This document shows, one piece after another, positions 1 to 9,777 of a DNA stretch of 38,840 nt. The position numbers were made by a program, and so were the translations under genes. The stretch comes from a virus. Lineage: Duplodnaviria > Caudoviricetes. How positions within the stretch are numbered: the stretch's first letter is position 1; every line of letters starts with the position of its first letter. Location: positions 1-38,840 of the IMG/VR virus record IMGVR_UViG_3300038317_000262. One strand, written 5' to 3'. The notes under the pieces were generated by a model that was given only the letters and a program-made list of their open reading frames with translations, did no database searches and was not told the origin of the DNA.

Positions 1-54
1 AGGCGTCGGTCTGCAAAACCGTTTACGGCGGTTCGAATCCGCCAGGTACCTCCA
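1..54 (+). tRNA. tRNA-Cys(GCA), 5' part outside window; likely prophage integration site
   Basis: Anticodon arm CGGT-CTGCAAA-ACCG (GCA), T arm GGCGG-TTCGAAT-CCGCC, discriminator U plus encoded CCA at 52-54; integrase follows directly. Confidence 0.93.
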
Positions 55-59
55 GTGTC

Positions 60-110
60 CCGGAACCGGTCAAATTGACAATAGCCGGTTCCGGTTATCT
101 TTCAGATAAC
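60..110. other. Inverted repeats in the att/int leader region
   Basis: CCGGAACCGG (60-69) / CCGGTTCCGG (85-94); GTTATCT-ttc-AGATAAC (94-110). Confidence 0.55.
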
Positions 111-184
111 GAGGACTTAACCTTAGGTGGAAAAATACACGATTGTCATAATGACACAAACCGCTTACCTACCGGTAGTGAAAT

Positions 185-1366
185 TTGTCTCGAAAATATA
201 CCGTCGCCATGGTAAAATTGAACATTTACTTACGCGAATACAAATCATCCTCAGAAGGGATCGTTTGGTTTAGCTTTTATGTCAAAAGTGAACGTGTGCA
301 CTTCTCCTCAAAAGTTAGATGTGAGAAAAAGAACTGGGATAAGAGGAAAATGATTGTAAAAGGATCAGATACTTCTTATATCGATAAAAATCGAGTGATT
401 GAAAACATACGTGCACGCATTAATGATGTATTTGTAAAATACAGGTTGCGAAATAAAACACTCACTCGCGACTCATTTCTGCGAGCATATAATCGTCCAT
501 CCGATTATTCAACTTTCTTTGAATTCATCAAAGCGAACAAAAGAAATATCAATTTTGGAAATGAGGTTACTACAAACTACACTCACAAATCAGTGATAAA
601 AAAAGTAAAAGAGTGGCAGCCTGATTTGCATTTTGATGACATTACAGAAGACTGGCTCAGCAGATATTTCATTTATCTGAAAAATGATCTAAAGAACTGT
701 GATAATACAGTTCATAAGAATCTTACAATTTTCAAAAAGTACGTACTCGCTGCTTATAGAATGGGATATATGGATGAAAACCCTTTTTCTGATTTCAAAA
801 TAAAGCGAGGTTCACCAAGCTATACATATTTGACAGAGGATGAATTAAAGATATTTATGGAAGCGTATAAAAAAGGAGTTTTTGAAAGCAAGTATCACAC
901 TACATTGGAGTTTTTCCTTTTTATGTGCTTCTCTTCATTGCATGTAACGGATGCAAAAAATATGAGTTTAGAGCAATTCACCCAGGAATCATTTATATAC
1001 TATCGTGTTAAAAATAGGAACTCAAAACCTGAACCTATAATGGTACCGGTATCAGAACCTTTAAGAATCGTTGTCAAGAACATAGTTGGAACAAGAAAAA
1101 AAGGAAAGATATTTCACAATCTGCCGGCAGATCAGACAATGAACAGATATTTGAAAGATATAGCTGCAGAATTGGAAGTAAAAAAGAAAATTACACATAA
1201 ATCGGGTAGGCACACATTCGCAACATATTTTCTTGCTAAATCAAAAGATATTACTGCCTTACAAGAGATATTGGGACATAGTTCTCTATCTGAAACAATG
1301 ATTTATGCTCACGTTCTTGACGAATCGAAACAGGATGGAGTGAAGTACTTTAACGATCTTCTTTAA
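185..1366 (+). CDS. int: Tyrosine recombinase / phage integrase (probable start ATG 209)
   Basis: HKSGRHTFAT, LGHS, TMIYAH motifs; N-terminal arm-binding and SAM-like regions; adjacent to tRNA. Confidence 0.95.
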   Translation: MSRKYTVAMVKLNIYLREYKSSSEGIVWFSFYVKSERVHFSSKVRCEKKNWDKRKMIVKGSDTSYIDKNRVIENIRARINDVFVKYRLRNKTLTRDSFLRAYNRPSDYSTFFEFIKANKRNINFGNEVTTNYTHKSVIKKVKEWQPDLHFDDITEDWLSRYFIYLKNDLKNCDNTVHKNLTIFKKYVLAAYRMGYMDENPFSDFKIKRGSPSYTYLTEDELKIFMEAYKKGVFESKYHTTLEFFLFMCFSSLHVTDAKNMSLEQFTQESFIYYRVKNRNSKPEPIMVPVSEPLRIVVKNIVGTRKKGKIFHNLPADQTMNRYLKDIAAELEVKKKITHKSGRHTFATYFLAKSKDITALQEILGHSSLSETMIYAHVLDESKQDGVKYFNDLL

Positions 1367-3216
1367 TCTTTCTCTGCATAAAATTCACCTTCAATAATTT
1401 CATCGAAGCCTTCAATAGTTATAATTTTTTCTATTTTTCTGCAGTAAAATTTCCTATTGCCTATTATATATATGTCTTTAGGATCAAGCTTATCACCGTT
1501 GTCAACAAATTGTATTTTATATAACTTGCGCCTATCTATATTTTCTCCCTTAGAGTAAATTTCCTCATTTAAGAATTTAAGAGATAAAGCATTAACATAT
1601 TTTCCATTGTATTCATATAAAAAGTTGTAATTAGACCCGGTAAGTTTAACACTTTCCGAAATAGATCTGATATAGCTTAGCGGATGCCTTTGATCATCCA
1701 TCGGTCCTGGCTCCTGTTCATAAAATCTAGTACTGTATTGACTATTATAAAAAGCAATCGAGATCTGATTACTTCCGGAACCTGATTTATTACCAGTTTT
1801 GTTACCCTCTATAATATCCTGTATCAGTGGGTTTGTAATAACACCATCCTTCTCTTCATATATAAGTGGTGCTTCATTACATTTCGCAATTGGTAAATGC
1901 AATTGCATATAATAGTTAGACCTATTTAAATAAATCTGAAAATATGAACTATGGAATTCGGCAGGTATTATATCAAAACTCACATCATATTCATCAGAAC
2001 TATTATTTTTCACAGGAGAATAATCGTTGACAGATTTTGCGGTTACTTTTTTTGTATTTTCATTGTCTGTGACATATTCTATAAATTGCAGTGCGTTACT
2101 ATTGTACAATACCCTTTGACTTGATCTTACACTATCTGGTGTTTTATTTTTAATAGTAGTGGTTATTTCATCAATGTTCTGCTTATCAATCCCAGTATTT
2201 ATATTAATTACATTAAGGCTGTCAAGTAAAATCTTGTCAAAATTTTGATACCTGTAATATGGCGAATCAGGTAAGTTGTAGCTGATATTTTTTTCATGCT
2301 GCATTTTCTCGTCTGTATCTTCGACTTCAGCTTCAAAATCATCAAGCATAATTATATTATTTTCTAAGCTTGTAGAATAGAACTGATAATTTAGTATGAT
2401 ACTTGCATGCATATTAGAATTGTCTACAACTACAGTACAATCGAATAAGTTTTCAATCTCCTCTAAAAACTTTAATACTGTCCAGCCTGGAAGCATTTTA
2501 GAAAATTCCAGCGAGTCATTTGCATGTACAATATAAGCATATTTATAAATCGGATGTGATTCAATCGCATTGTCCAGTGAATAGCCAATGTTTGCGAAAA
2601 TCTTTGATATTATCGCACAAAGATAAGGTTGCGGCCGGTAGTTTTCATACTTGTAATTACCTTCTACTGCGAGGTTGAGAAAACTACCATCATAAGCATA
2701 AACTGTTCTTATTCTACTTAGTGTTTTATCATAAATAAAACTATACTTATTCCCAACAAATTCTAAGTTGGGATCATAAAATGGCAGGAGCTGATAATCA
2801 ACTTCAGGATAATCTTTACTCAAGTTTGCAACAATCTCATTCTTATTAATAATAGCAACGCCAAGATCCAGATCTCGCAAATTCAGATCGTTGCCAATAA
2901 TATAATTTAGGCTGCTATTTCCTGCCAGAATTTGAATTTCGATAGAATTGTTCGAGTATTTTAAAATCACCTCTTCACCTTTAATAATAACCTTATTGTC
3001 GCTGACGATAATTGCAGTTCTGTTCTCAAATCTAGAAAGACTATTAATTCGATTTATATGTTTATAAATTTTAGCGTTAACAGGGTTCTCAAGGGAAAGT
3101 GTTATATTAAGTGTATAATCACCTGATTTTGTGAAGAACGGATTTTCATTGACTATCTTACAAGAGAAGTCAATAGGTAATACAGCTTCTTGCCCATCTA
3201 TAAATAATTGTGTCAT
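1363..3216 (-). CDS. Putative distal tail/baseplate protein, 617 aa
   Basis: ATGA overlap with the tape measure stop; position directly after the tape measure gene. Confidence 0.65.
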   Translation of the reverse strand: MTQLFIDGQEAVLPIDFSCKIVNENPFFTKSGDYTLNITLSLENPVNAKIYKHINRINSLSRFENRTAIIVSDNKVIIKGEEVILKYSNNSIEIQILAGNSSLNYIIGNDLNLRDLDLGVAIINKNEIVANLSKDYPEVDYQLLPFYDPNLEFVGNKYSFIYDKTLSRIRTVYAYDGSFLNLAVEGNYKYENYRPQPYLCAIISKIFANIGYSLDNAIESHPIYKYAYIVHANDSLEFSKMLPGWTVLKFLEEIENLFDCTVVVDNSNMHASIILNYQFYSTSLENNIIMLDDFEAEVEDTDEKMQHEKNISYNLPDSPYYRYQNFDKILLDSLNVININTGIDKQNIDEITTTIKNKTPDSVRSSQRVLYNSNALQFIEYVTDNENTKKVTAKSVNDYSPVKNNSSDEYDVSFDIIPAEFHSSYFQIYLNRSNYYMQLHLPIAKCNEAPLIYEEKDGVITNPLIQDIIEGNKTGNKSGSGSNQISIAFYNSQYSTRFYEQEPGPMDDQRHPLSYIRSISESVKLTGSNYNFLYEYNGKYVNALSLKFLNEEIYSKGENIDRRKLYKIQFVDNGDKLDPKDIYIIGNRKFYCRKIEKIITIEGFDEIIEGEFYAEKD

Positions 3217-6200
3217 GTTCTTGATATATTTCTCTTCATTCTGTTATACAAATCATTTGCCCTTTTTATACCACCTTTGCCCTCAATATACGTTTCAGAG
3301 ACAAGCGGATCTTCGAGTTTCTTATACAGCTTATCATTGATTTCTGCTGACCTGGCTAGAATGTTCGTCAATTCATTTAACGAGCCTCCATTATTAATTA
3401 CTGGCTGAAAATTAGATAAAGCTTCATTAAACGATCTTCGCTGTGAAAACTCACTGTAATTTAGAGCAGTTTGAAAGTCTCGCTCGCTGAGACTGCCAAT
3501 TGTGTTATTTCTCTGTGCTTGATCAACTATATCAAAAATTCTCCGGACGGATGGATTAGCAACAGCATGATGATTCCCAACAAATTCACTTTTATGTACC
3601 GTCCCGTCCTCTTCCCACCAGTTACCCTTTTGGGTATAACCACCAGACGCATAACCCTCTTTAGCCACATCTTTTTGTTGTTTTGCAACGGCAATCTGCC
3701 CGGCTCCATAAAGAATGGCTGCCGCAGCTGCGGCAGCACCCAAAGCAGGTCCGACTACCGGTATTCCGGCCATTGCTTTATAGGAATCCATTGCTGCAAC
3801 AGAAGTAGAAGCTATAACGTTAGCAACTGTAATGATGAATTGCTTTTCAGCATACTTAGCCCTGACTGCATGAATGCTTTTTTCCTTCTCTTCCTCAAGT
3901 TGAGCAACCTTTATTGCGTTATTACCAGCTGCCTTGATCATTTTGTCATACTTCCTCTCAACAGACATTTCTTCAGCCTGCTGAAATCCCGCAACTGCAC
4001 CGGATAAATCTGCTGTTATATCCTGTATTCCTTCAGATACAGCAGTAGCTTTATCCAGATATCTGGATAAATATTCTACCCGCAAATCATATAGCGCTTG
4101 TTGATAATCCTCTTCGGATATCATTTCATATTCACGCTGTTGATCTAGTAGTCCTTTTTCATCACTAAATCCCTGAGGAGTCCAATCATCGTCGTTTTCT
4201 ACAAATGCTTCTTCACCAGTTCTTTTTTTAACGTCTTGGACCGCCTGCTTGAGAAGATCTTGAGACAATTTATATCGCCTGTTTGCCTCAGAGATCATTT
4301 TGTCAGTTAGCTGAAGTTCTAAATCGACGGAACTTTTATTAAACTCATTTCTCAGTTCAATCATAGATGCTATGTGAGCAACCTCTAGATCATAAGATTT
4401 ACTATTATACTGTTCTTCTGTAATACTTTTTTCCAGTAAACTATTTTTAAGATTAAGCAATTGCTTGTCATATGATAATTTTAATTCTGCTTCACGAAGT
4501 TTTAAAGCATCATCACCAGTTTTACCTGATGGGGTTACAGGATCCTCTTCTTTTACAATTTCCTTCGTAACCTCTAATTCCTTTTCCTTAGCTGCAACAA
4601 TTGCTTTTTGCCGTTCTATCCTTTGTGATAGTGATGTAAGTTGAATCTGATCTGCTAGTTTGTTAAATCCTGTGTCAAGCGAAAAAACAGGATCCTTGAG
4701 TACACCTGAAGGGATTTGTTTACTAAATAAATCGGCGTGCTGTTTCTCAAGATTATCCAATAAGGATTGCTCTTTTTGAAGTTGCATCCATTTTTCAGTA
4801 TAGGCATTATAAGACTTCTTTTTATTCTCCGAAATTTGCTCCCCAAGATTTTGATATACTTTTATCTGTTTATCAACGCCTTCTATTTCATTATTTATCC
4901 TGGCAATATTCCTATCTGCAATATTTCTTATCTCGCTACCGGCACCTGATTTACGCGTCTCCTGCTCAGCAATTTTTGCTTCTAATTCAAGTCTCTTAGA
5001 ATAAAGCTCACTCATTTTGTCAGCAATAGCTTTCTGCTTAGCATTTTCCATTATTGCAGTAGTATATTTTTCGATAGACTTTTTTGCAGTGTCTGTATTA
5101 ATATTCTCGAGATTTAAATTACCTAAATACTCAGGAGATATTTCATTCAGCTTATTAATTGCCTTTATTCTTTCGTCTTTAGATATTTTTTCATTTCGGG
5201 CAATACCTAATAACATGTCTAACTCAGCACGCTCACGACCGATACTGTCCGCAGCCTTTTTGTTTACATCAATTATAGCTTCAGACTGAGTAATAAGCTT
5301 AGAATTACGATTACTCCATTTTACAAGGCCGTAAATTAATGCAGTTATGCCGGCAGCCAATAAACCTATAGGATTTAATTTTGTGGTTGCCCATAATGCC
5401 TTTAATGATCTGTTCAATTCAGCTGAAGATCTACTTGCAAAAACATACTTCAAAGAAAGAATTGTCATCTGAGCAGATTCCTTTGCATACCATATAATAA
5501 GCTTTGCGGTGTCAGCAATTTGCATCCTCTTCCACATTACATTTGCTTTCAACCCGATGTTATAAGCTAAGATAAGAGCACTTATTTTGACAAGTGCTGG
5601 ACCATATTTTGCAAAGAAGTCCAACACATCCGGTAGCACCTTTACTATGTATGTAACCAGATTAGTGCTTTTAAGTAGTGCAGGGTTAAGACGCTCTCCC
5701 AGTTCAAGCCTTGCATCTTTAAATGCCTTACGCTGCTTTTCAAGTCGAGCCATGAGATTGTTGTTTTTCACGTTGTACTCTTCTGTCAAAGAAGTGCCAT
5801 CAGCAAATGCTTTGTTGGATATTTCCTGTGCTTGAGATATCTTATCAATATTAGTTGCAAGTGCAGACAACACACCCACTGCCCTGGCACCATCGAGTCC
5901 CATCTTCTTAAAAATCGGGATTAACTGTTGGAATCCACCTTTCTCAGACAGAGATTGAAGTACAGTTTTAATGGCTTCATTTGTATCGGTTTTAAGCAAG
6001 TCGTTAAATCTACCTACTTCTATACCGGCAATTTTAGCAAATTTAGCAGGCTCACTCATCATCTCAGTGATAAATTTCTGCAATGCAGTAGCACTCATTT
6101 CAACAGCTTGCCCGGATTGATCTAATGCAGATGCATATCCCAATATATCCTGCACTGAAATACCTGCCTGAGATGCAACACCACCAAGGCGTTGAGTAAA

Positions 6201-7106
6201 ATTGACCAGGTATGCTTCATTCGCAGTACTGCTTTGTCCTAATTCGTTAATTGCTGAACCAACAGCAAGCATACGTTCACGCAGTTTCATGCTTCGCAAC
6301 TCTTCGGTTGAAGTCTTGAAAACCTCTGTTATTTTCCCGATATTTCTTATAGCTCCATCGCCGAGATCTTCACTGAGTGCAACGTCAATTTGGTTGCCCG
6401 CTTCAACAAAGTCTAGCACTTCATCTTTTGCTACTATACCCAACTTTCCAGCATCACGAGCCAACATGTTAAGCTCTTCACGTGCCGTCCTGGTGTCCAT
6501 CTTCTTAAACTCTTCATTGATCTCTACAACCACATCACGTGTAAGTCCTGTCGTTTTCTGAACATCAGCGTATGCATCGTCCATTTGCGCCATTTCTTCA
6601 CTTGATTTTCTAAGAGCAAATGATAAGCCTGTTACGGATGCAACAGCTGCTGTAATTCCTGCAAAATATTTATTAAAACCGTTTGCAAGACGACTAATTT
6701 TACTTTCAGAAATCTTTGACTCAGTAGAGATCTTATTAAGCTCTCCGCGAACCTTACGTATATTGCTGTTAAGATCATTCCATTCTTTGCTCCCTCTTTT
6801 AATTTTACTTGAGTCAAGTTGCTTATTCATTGCTGTAATAGCATCTTTCAACTCCTTCGGTTTTGCAGTATTGAGATTGGCCAAGACATGATTTACGTCA
6901 ATAGTTTGTTTTTGCAGCTCTCTCATTGATTTACGTGCAGCTCTTAAATCAGGCTCTAGCGTTTTCGCCAGGGCAAAATCACCTTTTTTACGCAAATCAT
7001 CAATTGTGCGAGACAGCGTTTGAGCATGGACACGCATTTCATCCAGCTCTTTCTTAGCCTGTTCACCATTGAGTAAGGTGGTTAGAACTACTGTATTATT
7101 ATTCAT
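3213..7106 (-). CDS. Tail tape measure protein (~1297 aa; start moved to ATG 7106)
   Basis: Long Ala/Lys/Glu-rich helical protein with TP901-type core (TAREELNMLARDAGKLG) and hydrophobic stretches; promoter motif at 7125-7159 favours ATG 7106. Confidence 0.92.
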   Translation of the reverse strand: MNNNTVVLTTLLNGEQAKKELDEMRVHAQTLSRTIDDLRKKGDFALAKTLEPDLRAARKSMRELQKQTIDVNHVLANLNTAKPKELKDAITAMNKQLDSSKIKRGSKEWNDLNSNIRKVRGELNKISTESKISESKISRLANGFNKYFAGITAAVASVTGLSFALRKSSEEMAQMDDAYADVQKTTGLTRDVVVEINEEFKKMDTRTAREELNMLARDAGKLGIVAKDEVLDFVEAGNQIDVALSEDLGDGAIRNIGKITEVFKTSTEELRSMKLRERMLAVGSAINELGQSSTANEAYLVNFTQRLGGVASQAGISVQDILGYASALDQSGQAVEMSATALQKFITEMMSEPAKFAKIAGIEVGRFNDLLKTDTNEAIKTVLQSLSEKGGFQQLIPIFKKMGLDGARAVGVLSALATNIDKISQAQEISNKAFADGTSLTEEYNVKNNNLMARLEKQRKAFKDARLELGERLNPALLKSTNLVTYIVKVLPDVLDFFAKYGPALVKISALILAYNIGLKANVMWKRMQIADTAKLIIWYAKESAQMTILSLKYVFASRSSAELNRSLKALWATTKLNPIGLLAAGITALIYGLVKWSNRNSKLITQSEAIIDVNKKAADSIGRERAELDMLLGIARNEKISKDERIKAINKLNEISPEYLGNLNLENINTDTAKKSIEKYTTAIMENAKQKAIADKMSELYSKRLELEAKIAEQETRKSGAGSEIRNIADRNIARINNEIEGVDKQIKVYQNLGEQISENKKKSYNAYTEKWMQLQKEQSLLDNLEKQHADLFSKQIPSGVLKDPVFSLDTGFNKLADQIQLTSLSQRIERQKAIVAAKEKELEVTKEIVKEEDPVTPSGKTGDDALKLREAELKLSYDKQLLNLKNSLLEKSITEEQYNSKSYDLEVAHIASMIELRNEFNKSSVDLELQLTDKMISEANRRYKLSQDLLKQAVQDVKKRTGEEAFVENDDDWTPQGFSDEKGLLDQQREYEMISEEDYQQALYDLRVEYLSRYLDKATAVSEGIQDITADLSGAVAGFQQAEEMSVERKYDKMIKAAGNNAIKVAQLEEEKEKSIHAVRAKYAEKQFIITVANVIASTSVAAMDSYKAMAGIPVVGPALGAAAAAAAILYGAGQIAVAKQQKDVAKEGYASGGYTQKGNWWEEDGTVHKSEFVGNHHAVANPSVRRIFDIVDQAQRNNTIGSLSERDFQTALNYSEFSQRRSFNEALSNFQPVINNGGSLNELTNILARSAEINDKLYKKLEDPLVSETYIEGKGGIKRANDLYNRMKRNISRT

Positions 7107-7124
7107 GTGATTCTTATTTTGGAA

Positions 7125-7159
7125 CGAAAATAGAATCAATGAAAAAGAGATAAAAAGAC
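7125..7159 (-). promoter_or_regulatory. Putative phage late promoter 1 (tape measure)
   Basis: GTCTTTT-N20-TATTTTCG on -. Confidence 0.7.
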
Positions 7160-7186
7160 AGTTGAGGCTACATCTCCTTCATCCTC

Positions 7187-7318
7187 TTAGTACAACCTAT
7201 CATACAACTTTATAATTATATTTTCATCTGCTTTTTCTACAAGGACCAGATAATTTTGAGACAGGTAGCGTATTAGATCAGTATTGATATTTTTTGTTTT
7301 TAGTTTTATGCAGTTCAT
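7187..7318 (-). CDS. 43-aa microprotein translationally coupled to the DGR RT (not in ORF track)
   Basis: MNCIKLKTKNINTDLIRYLSQNYLVLVEKADENIIIKLYDRLY; its ATG overlaps the RT TGA (ATGA). Confidence 0.5.
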   Translation of the reverse strand: MNCIKLKTKNINTDLIRYLSQNYLVLVEKADENIIIKLYDRLY

Positions 7319-8451
7319 TTATATTCATTTTTTAAGGCAAGGATTTCGTAGCGACCTTTAATGTAAACGTATTTAAACATATCTGCATTTATCATAGATA
7401 GTATATTTTTCCTATTATTATACTCATTATACTGGCGAAGTAAGCCAAGGTATGAGTTTATGGTTGACACAGATTTTTTGATTTCATTGACATTTGAGGC
7501 TCTGTTTAATTTTTTAACCGCTTGTTTGAAGTTATTTATTGTTCTGCCTCCACAATACATTCTATATGTTTTAGCGATTGCTCCGGTAAACTGTACGCCT
7601 TTTGTGTAATGTTGTAAATAAAACTTATTCTCATTTATTGCTAACCCATATTTGGCAAGATGCTCTCTGATTGGCTGAATTACTGATAGTAGTTTTTCTT
7701 TGTTCTGATGGATTAGATAGATATCATCGACATAGCGTCCGTGATGCATAATACCAAGATCGTTTAAATACCAGTCGAGATCATTTAACAAGAAATTAGC
7801 GAAATGCTGTGCATATATATTGCCAATAGCAAGACCCAAGCCATCGCCATTAGTAAATAGAGATTTATTTTTCGGTAGATGATTCCATGATTCTGAAGGA
7901 CTACGCATTTCGCAATCATTTTCCGGCTTGTGAAGAGTTATAACTTCACAGACATAGCGAAGATCTTCTATATCGCTACCCTTGTAATTTTGTACGATAA
8001 AGTTGTCAACCATTTCATGCATCATCTGCTTATTTATGCTCATGAAGAAGCCTTTAAGGTCGAGTTTCATAATATAGCAATCTTTCGTATAGCCTTCGCT
8101 GCATTCAATTATGTCATTGTACAGCATATCAACGCCGTATAGTACGCCTTTATTTTTGCGGCAGCTGAAGGATCTTTCTGATAATACTTCTTCGAACAAA
8201 GGCTCGAGGCGAAGAACAGCATAATGATGAACTATCCTATCTTCAAATGAAGCTGCAAATACCTCTCTGTGCCTTGGACGTGTAACAACAAAACAAATTG
8301 AAGTTGAGGGTTTGTAAACCCTTCTGTTGATCCTGCCAAGAAGGTTTATCAGGCTTGCTTCGTAGTTGACTTCATAGTCCAGTGCGCTCGCTGTTCTTCT
8401 TTTGCCCGAACGGCAGTTAAAATACGCTTGAAATATATCCTCTATTTTCAT
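7315..8451 (-). CDS. DGR reverse transcriptase (378 aa from ATG 8451)
   Basis: YVDD catalytic motif, KLDLKGFF, GLAIGNIYAQ, REVFAASFEDRIVHH; adjacent to TR and avd. Confidence 0.95.
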   Translation of the reverse strand: MKIEDIFQAYFNCRSGKRRTASALDYEVNYEASLINLLGRINRRVYKPSTSICFVVTRPRHREVFAASFEDRIVHHYAVLRLEPLFEEVLSERSFSCRKNKGVLYGVDMLYNDIIECSEGYTKDCYIMKLDLKGFFMSINKQMMHEMVDNFIVQNYKGSDIEDLRYVCEVITLHKPENDCEMRSPSESWNHLPKNKSLFTNGDGLGLAIGNIYAQHFANFLLNDLDWYLNDLGIMHHGRYVDDIYLIHQNKEKLLSVIQPIREHLAKYGLAINENKFYLQHYTKGVQFTGAIAKTYRMYCGGRTINNFKQAVKKLNRASNVNEIKKSVSTINSYLGLLRQYNEYNNRKNILSMINADMFKYVYIKGRYEILALKNEYK

Positions 8452-8466
8452 AAATGTTAGTAACAG

Positions 8467-8570
8467 ATGCTGAGACCGGACGCACATTGATGCGATTCGT
8501 CGCCTTATTGTTCGCGTTCATGTTGCCGCTATTCAGGTTCAAGTTCCACGCGTTCGTCGCCGAATTCTCC
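8467..8570 (-). repeat. DGR template repeat (TR), 104 bp
   Basis: Ungapped match to 9090-9193; all 15 differences are at TR adenines; 11 AAY codons in the target frame. Confidence 0.97.
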
Positions 8571-8644
8571 TTTGCCATATTGATTTTCTTAACCTTAAAT
8601 GAAGGTATATAGCCCATTTATTAAATTAACATTAGCCCTCTCGG

Positions 8645-9028
8645 TTAGCCGTGACCTTCCGATTCTCGCTTTATTGCTGAAATAAGTGAATTCTTCCAAG
8701 CCGTTGACTGCCTGCCTATAGATGTAGTTAACGCTGATATTGACGCAAACTTTTTAATGCTTATCCATTTACGCTCTGACGCAATACGAATGAGCGTTTT
8801 GAGCGTTTCAAACTTGGTTTGAAAACTAGTGAGATAATCAATCCTTGTTTTCAGGGACTTATTAATGTAAGCCCCTGAAATATCATTGAGAGCTTCAACT
8901 GAATACTCCTGCATTTTTGTTCCTATCGTAAACTTATAAGCTTTAGGAAAATCCACAGTGATGTTCAGTATCTCATCGAGAAGAGATCTACAATCTATAT
9001 ATATTTTCGTATTGCTTGATAACCCCAT
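8645..9028 (-). CDS. avd: DGR accessory variability determinant (four-helix bundle)
   Basis: 127 aa basic helical protein with FPKAYKFTIG, located between VR and TR. Confidence 0.88.
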   Translation of the reverse strand: MGLSSNTKIYIDCRSLLDEILNITVDFPKAYKFTIGTKMQEYSVEALNDISGAYINKSLKTRIDYLTSFQTKFETLKTLIRIASERKWISIKKFASISALTTSIGRQSTAWKNSLISAIKRESEGHG

Positions 9029-9039
9029 TTTTGATTGAA

Positions 9040-9061
9040 GCCCTGCGTTTAAACGCAGGGC
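9040..9061. promoter_or_regulatory. DGR homing hairpin/cruciform downstream of VR
   Basis: Perfect 22-bp palindrome GCCCTGCGTTT|AAACGCAGGGC, 17 bp after the target stop. Confidence 0.85.
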
Positions 9062-9078
9062 AAAATAACTGTTAACAA

Positions 9079-9777
9079 TTAACCGATAAATGCTGAGACC
9101 GGACGCACAAGGATGCGATGCGTCGCCTGACTGAACGCGTTCATGTAGCCGCTAGTCAGGAACAAGTACCACGCGGTCGTCGCCGAACCCTCCGTTGATG
9201 ACCAGTAAGCGCCTTCCAAAAGCGGATTACTGCCGTTAATTAGAGTTAATGCATGATTTATTTTGTGCAGATTTGCGTATATCATCATAAGCTCGCCCAT
9301 TGATGGTAGCCACCATTTGCCGGCTGTGAGGCCAGCGTTATTGGAATTAGGCCGGCTATATAAATTACAATATCCAGGGGCATACTCAACAGTATTCGTA
9401 ATAGCCGCCTCTGTTGACGCAGCTACTTGAGATGCTGTGTTAGCCTTCCCTGTCCAATCGTTCAAAGCTAACACCCTGTCTGATGATGTGAAGCCACCGC
9501 CAGCGATTGCGGCACTACTCCAATATAGGGCTGCTGGTTGCGTTATGGATACGACAATATGTCGACCACCCTCAAAAACGCCAACCCCCGATGCTATTTC
9601 ACCAGAATTTTGCAAAGCAGTCCATTTATGGAGCTTGCACATTAATGGATAATTATCAGACTTTCTGTGATAAACAATAAATATATTGTCAGTTACAGTG
9701 TTCAGATTTAAGTCTCCAAGAATTTCGGTTTCAATATCCGGTATAACGTTAGATAATTTAACTTTCTTCATTTGCAT
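9079..9777 (-). CDS. DGR target protein, C-type-lectin-like (DUF1566/Lcl-like) putative receptor-binding protein
   Basis: WWLPSMGEL and YWSSTE motifs, C-terminal VR ending VRPVSAF; sits at the end of the tail-fibre cluster. Confidence 0.9.
   Translation of the reverse strand: MQMKKVKLSNVIPDIETEILGDLNLNTVTDNIFIVYHRKSDNYPLMCKLHKWTALQNSGEIASGVGVFEGGRHIVVSITQPAALYWSSAAIAGGGFTSSDRVLALNDWTGKANTASQVAASTEAAITNTVEYAPGYCNLYSRPNSNNAGLTAGKWWLPSMGELMMIYANLHKINHALTLINGSNPLLEGAYWSSTEGSATTAWYLFLTSGYMNAFSQATHRILVRPVSAFIG
9090..9193 (-). repeat. DGR variable repeat (VR)
   Basis: Encodes EGSATTAWYLFLTSGYMNAFSQATHRILVRPVSA versus TR-frame ENSATNAWNLNLNSGNMNANNKATNRINVRPVSA. Confidence 0.97.

Noticed and set aside
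7315-8451. RT as group II intron, retron or Abi RT
   Set aside because: No maturase/endonuclease extension; TR/VR pair and avd identify a DGR
8417-8617. 66-aa Asn-rich ORF
   Set aside because: It is the TR read in the target frame; TRs act as RNA templates
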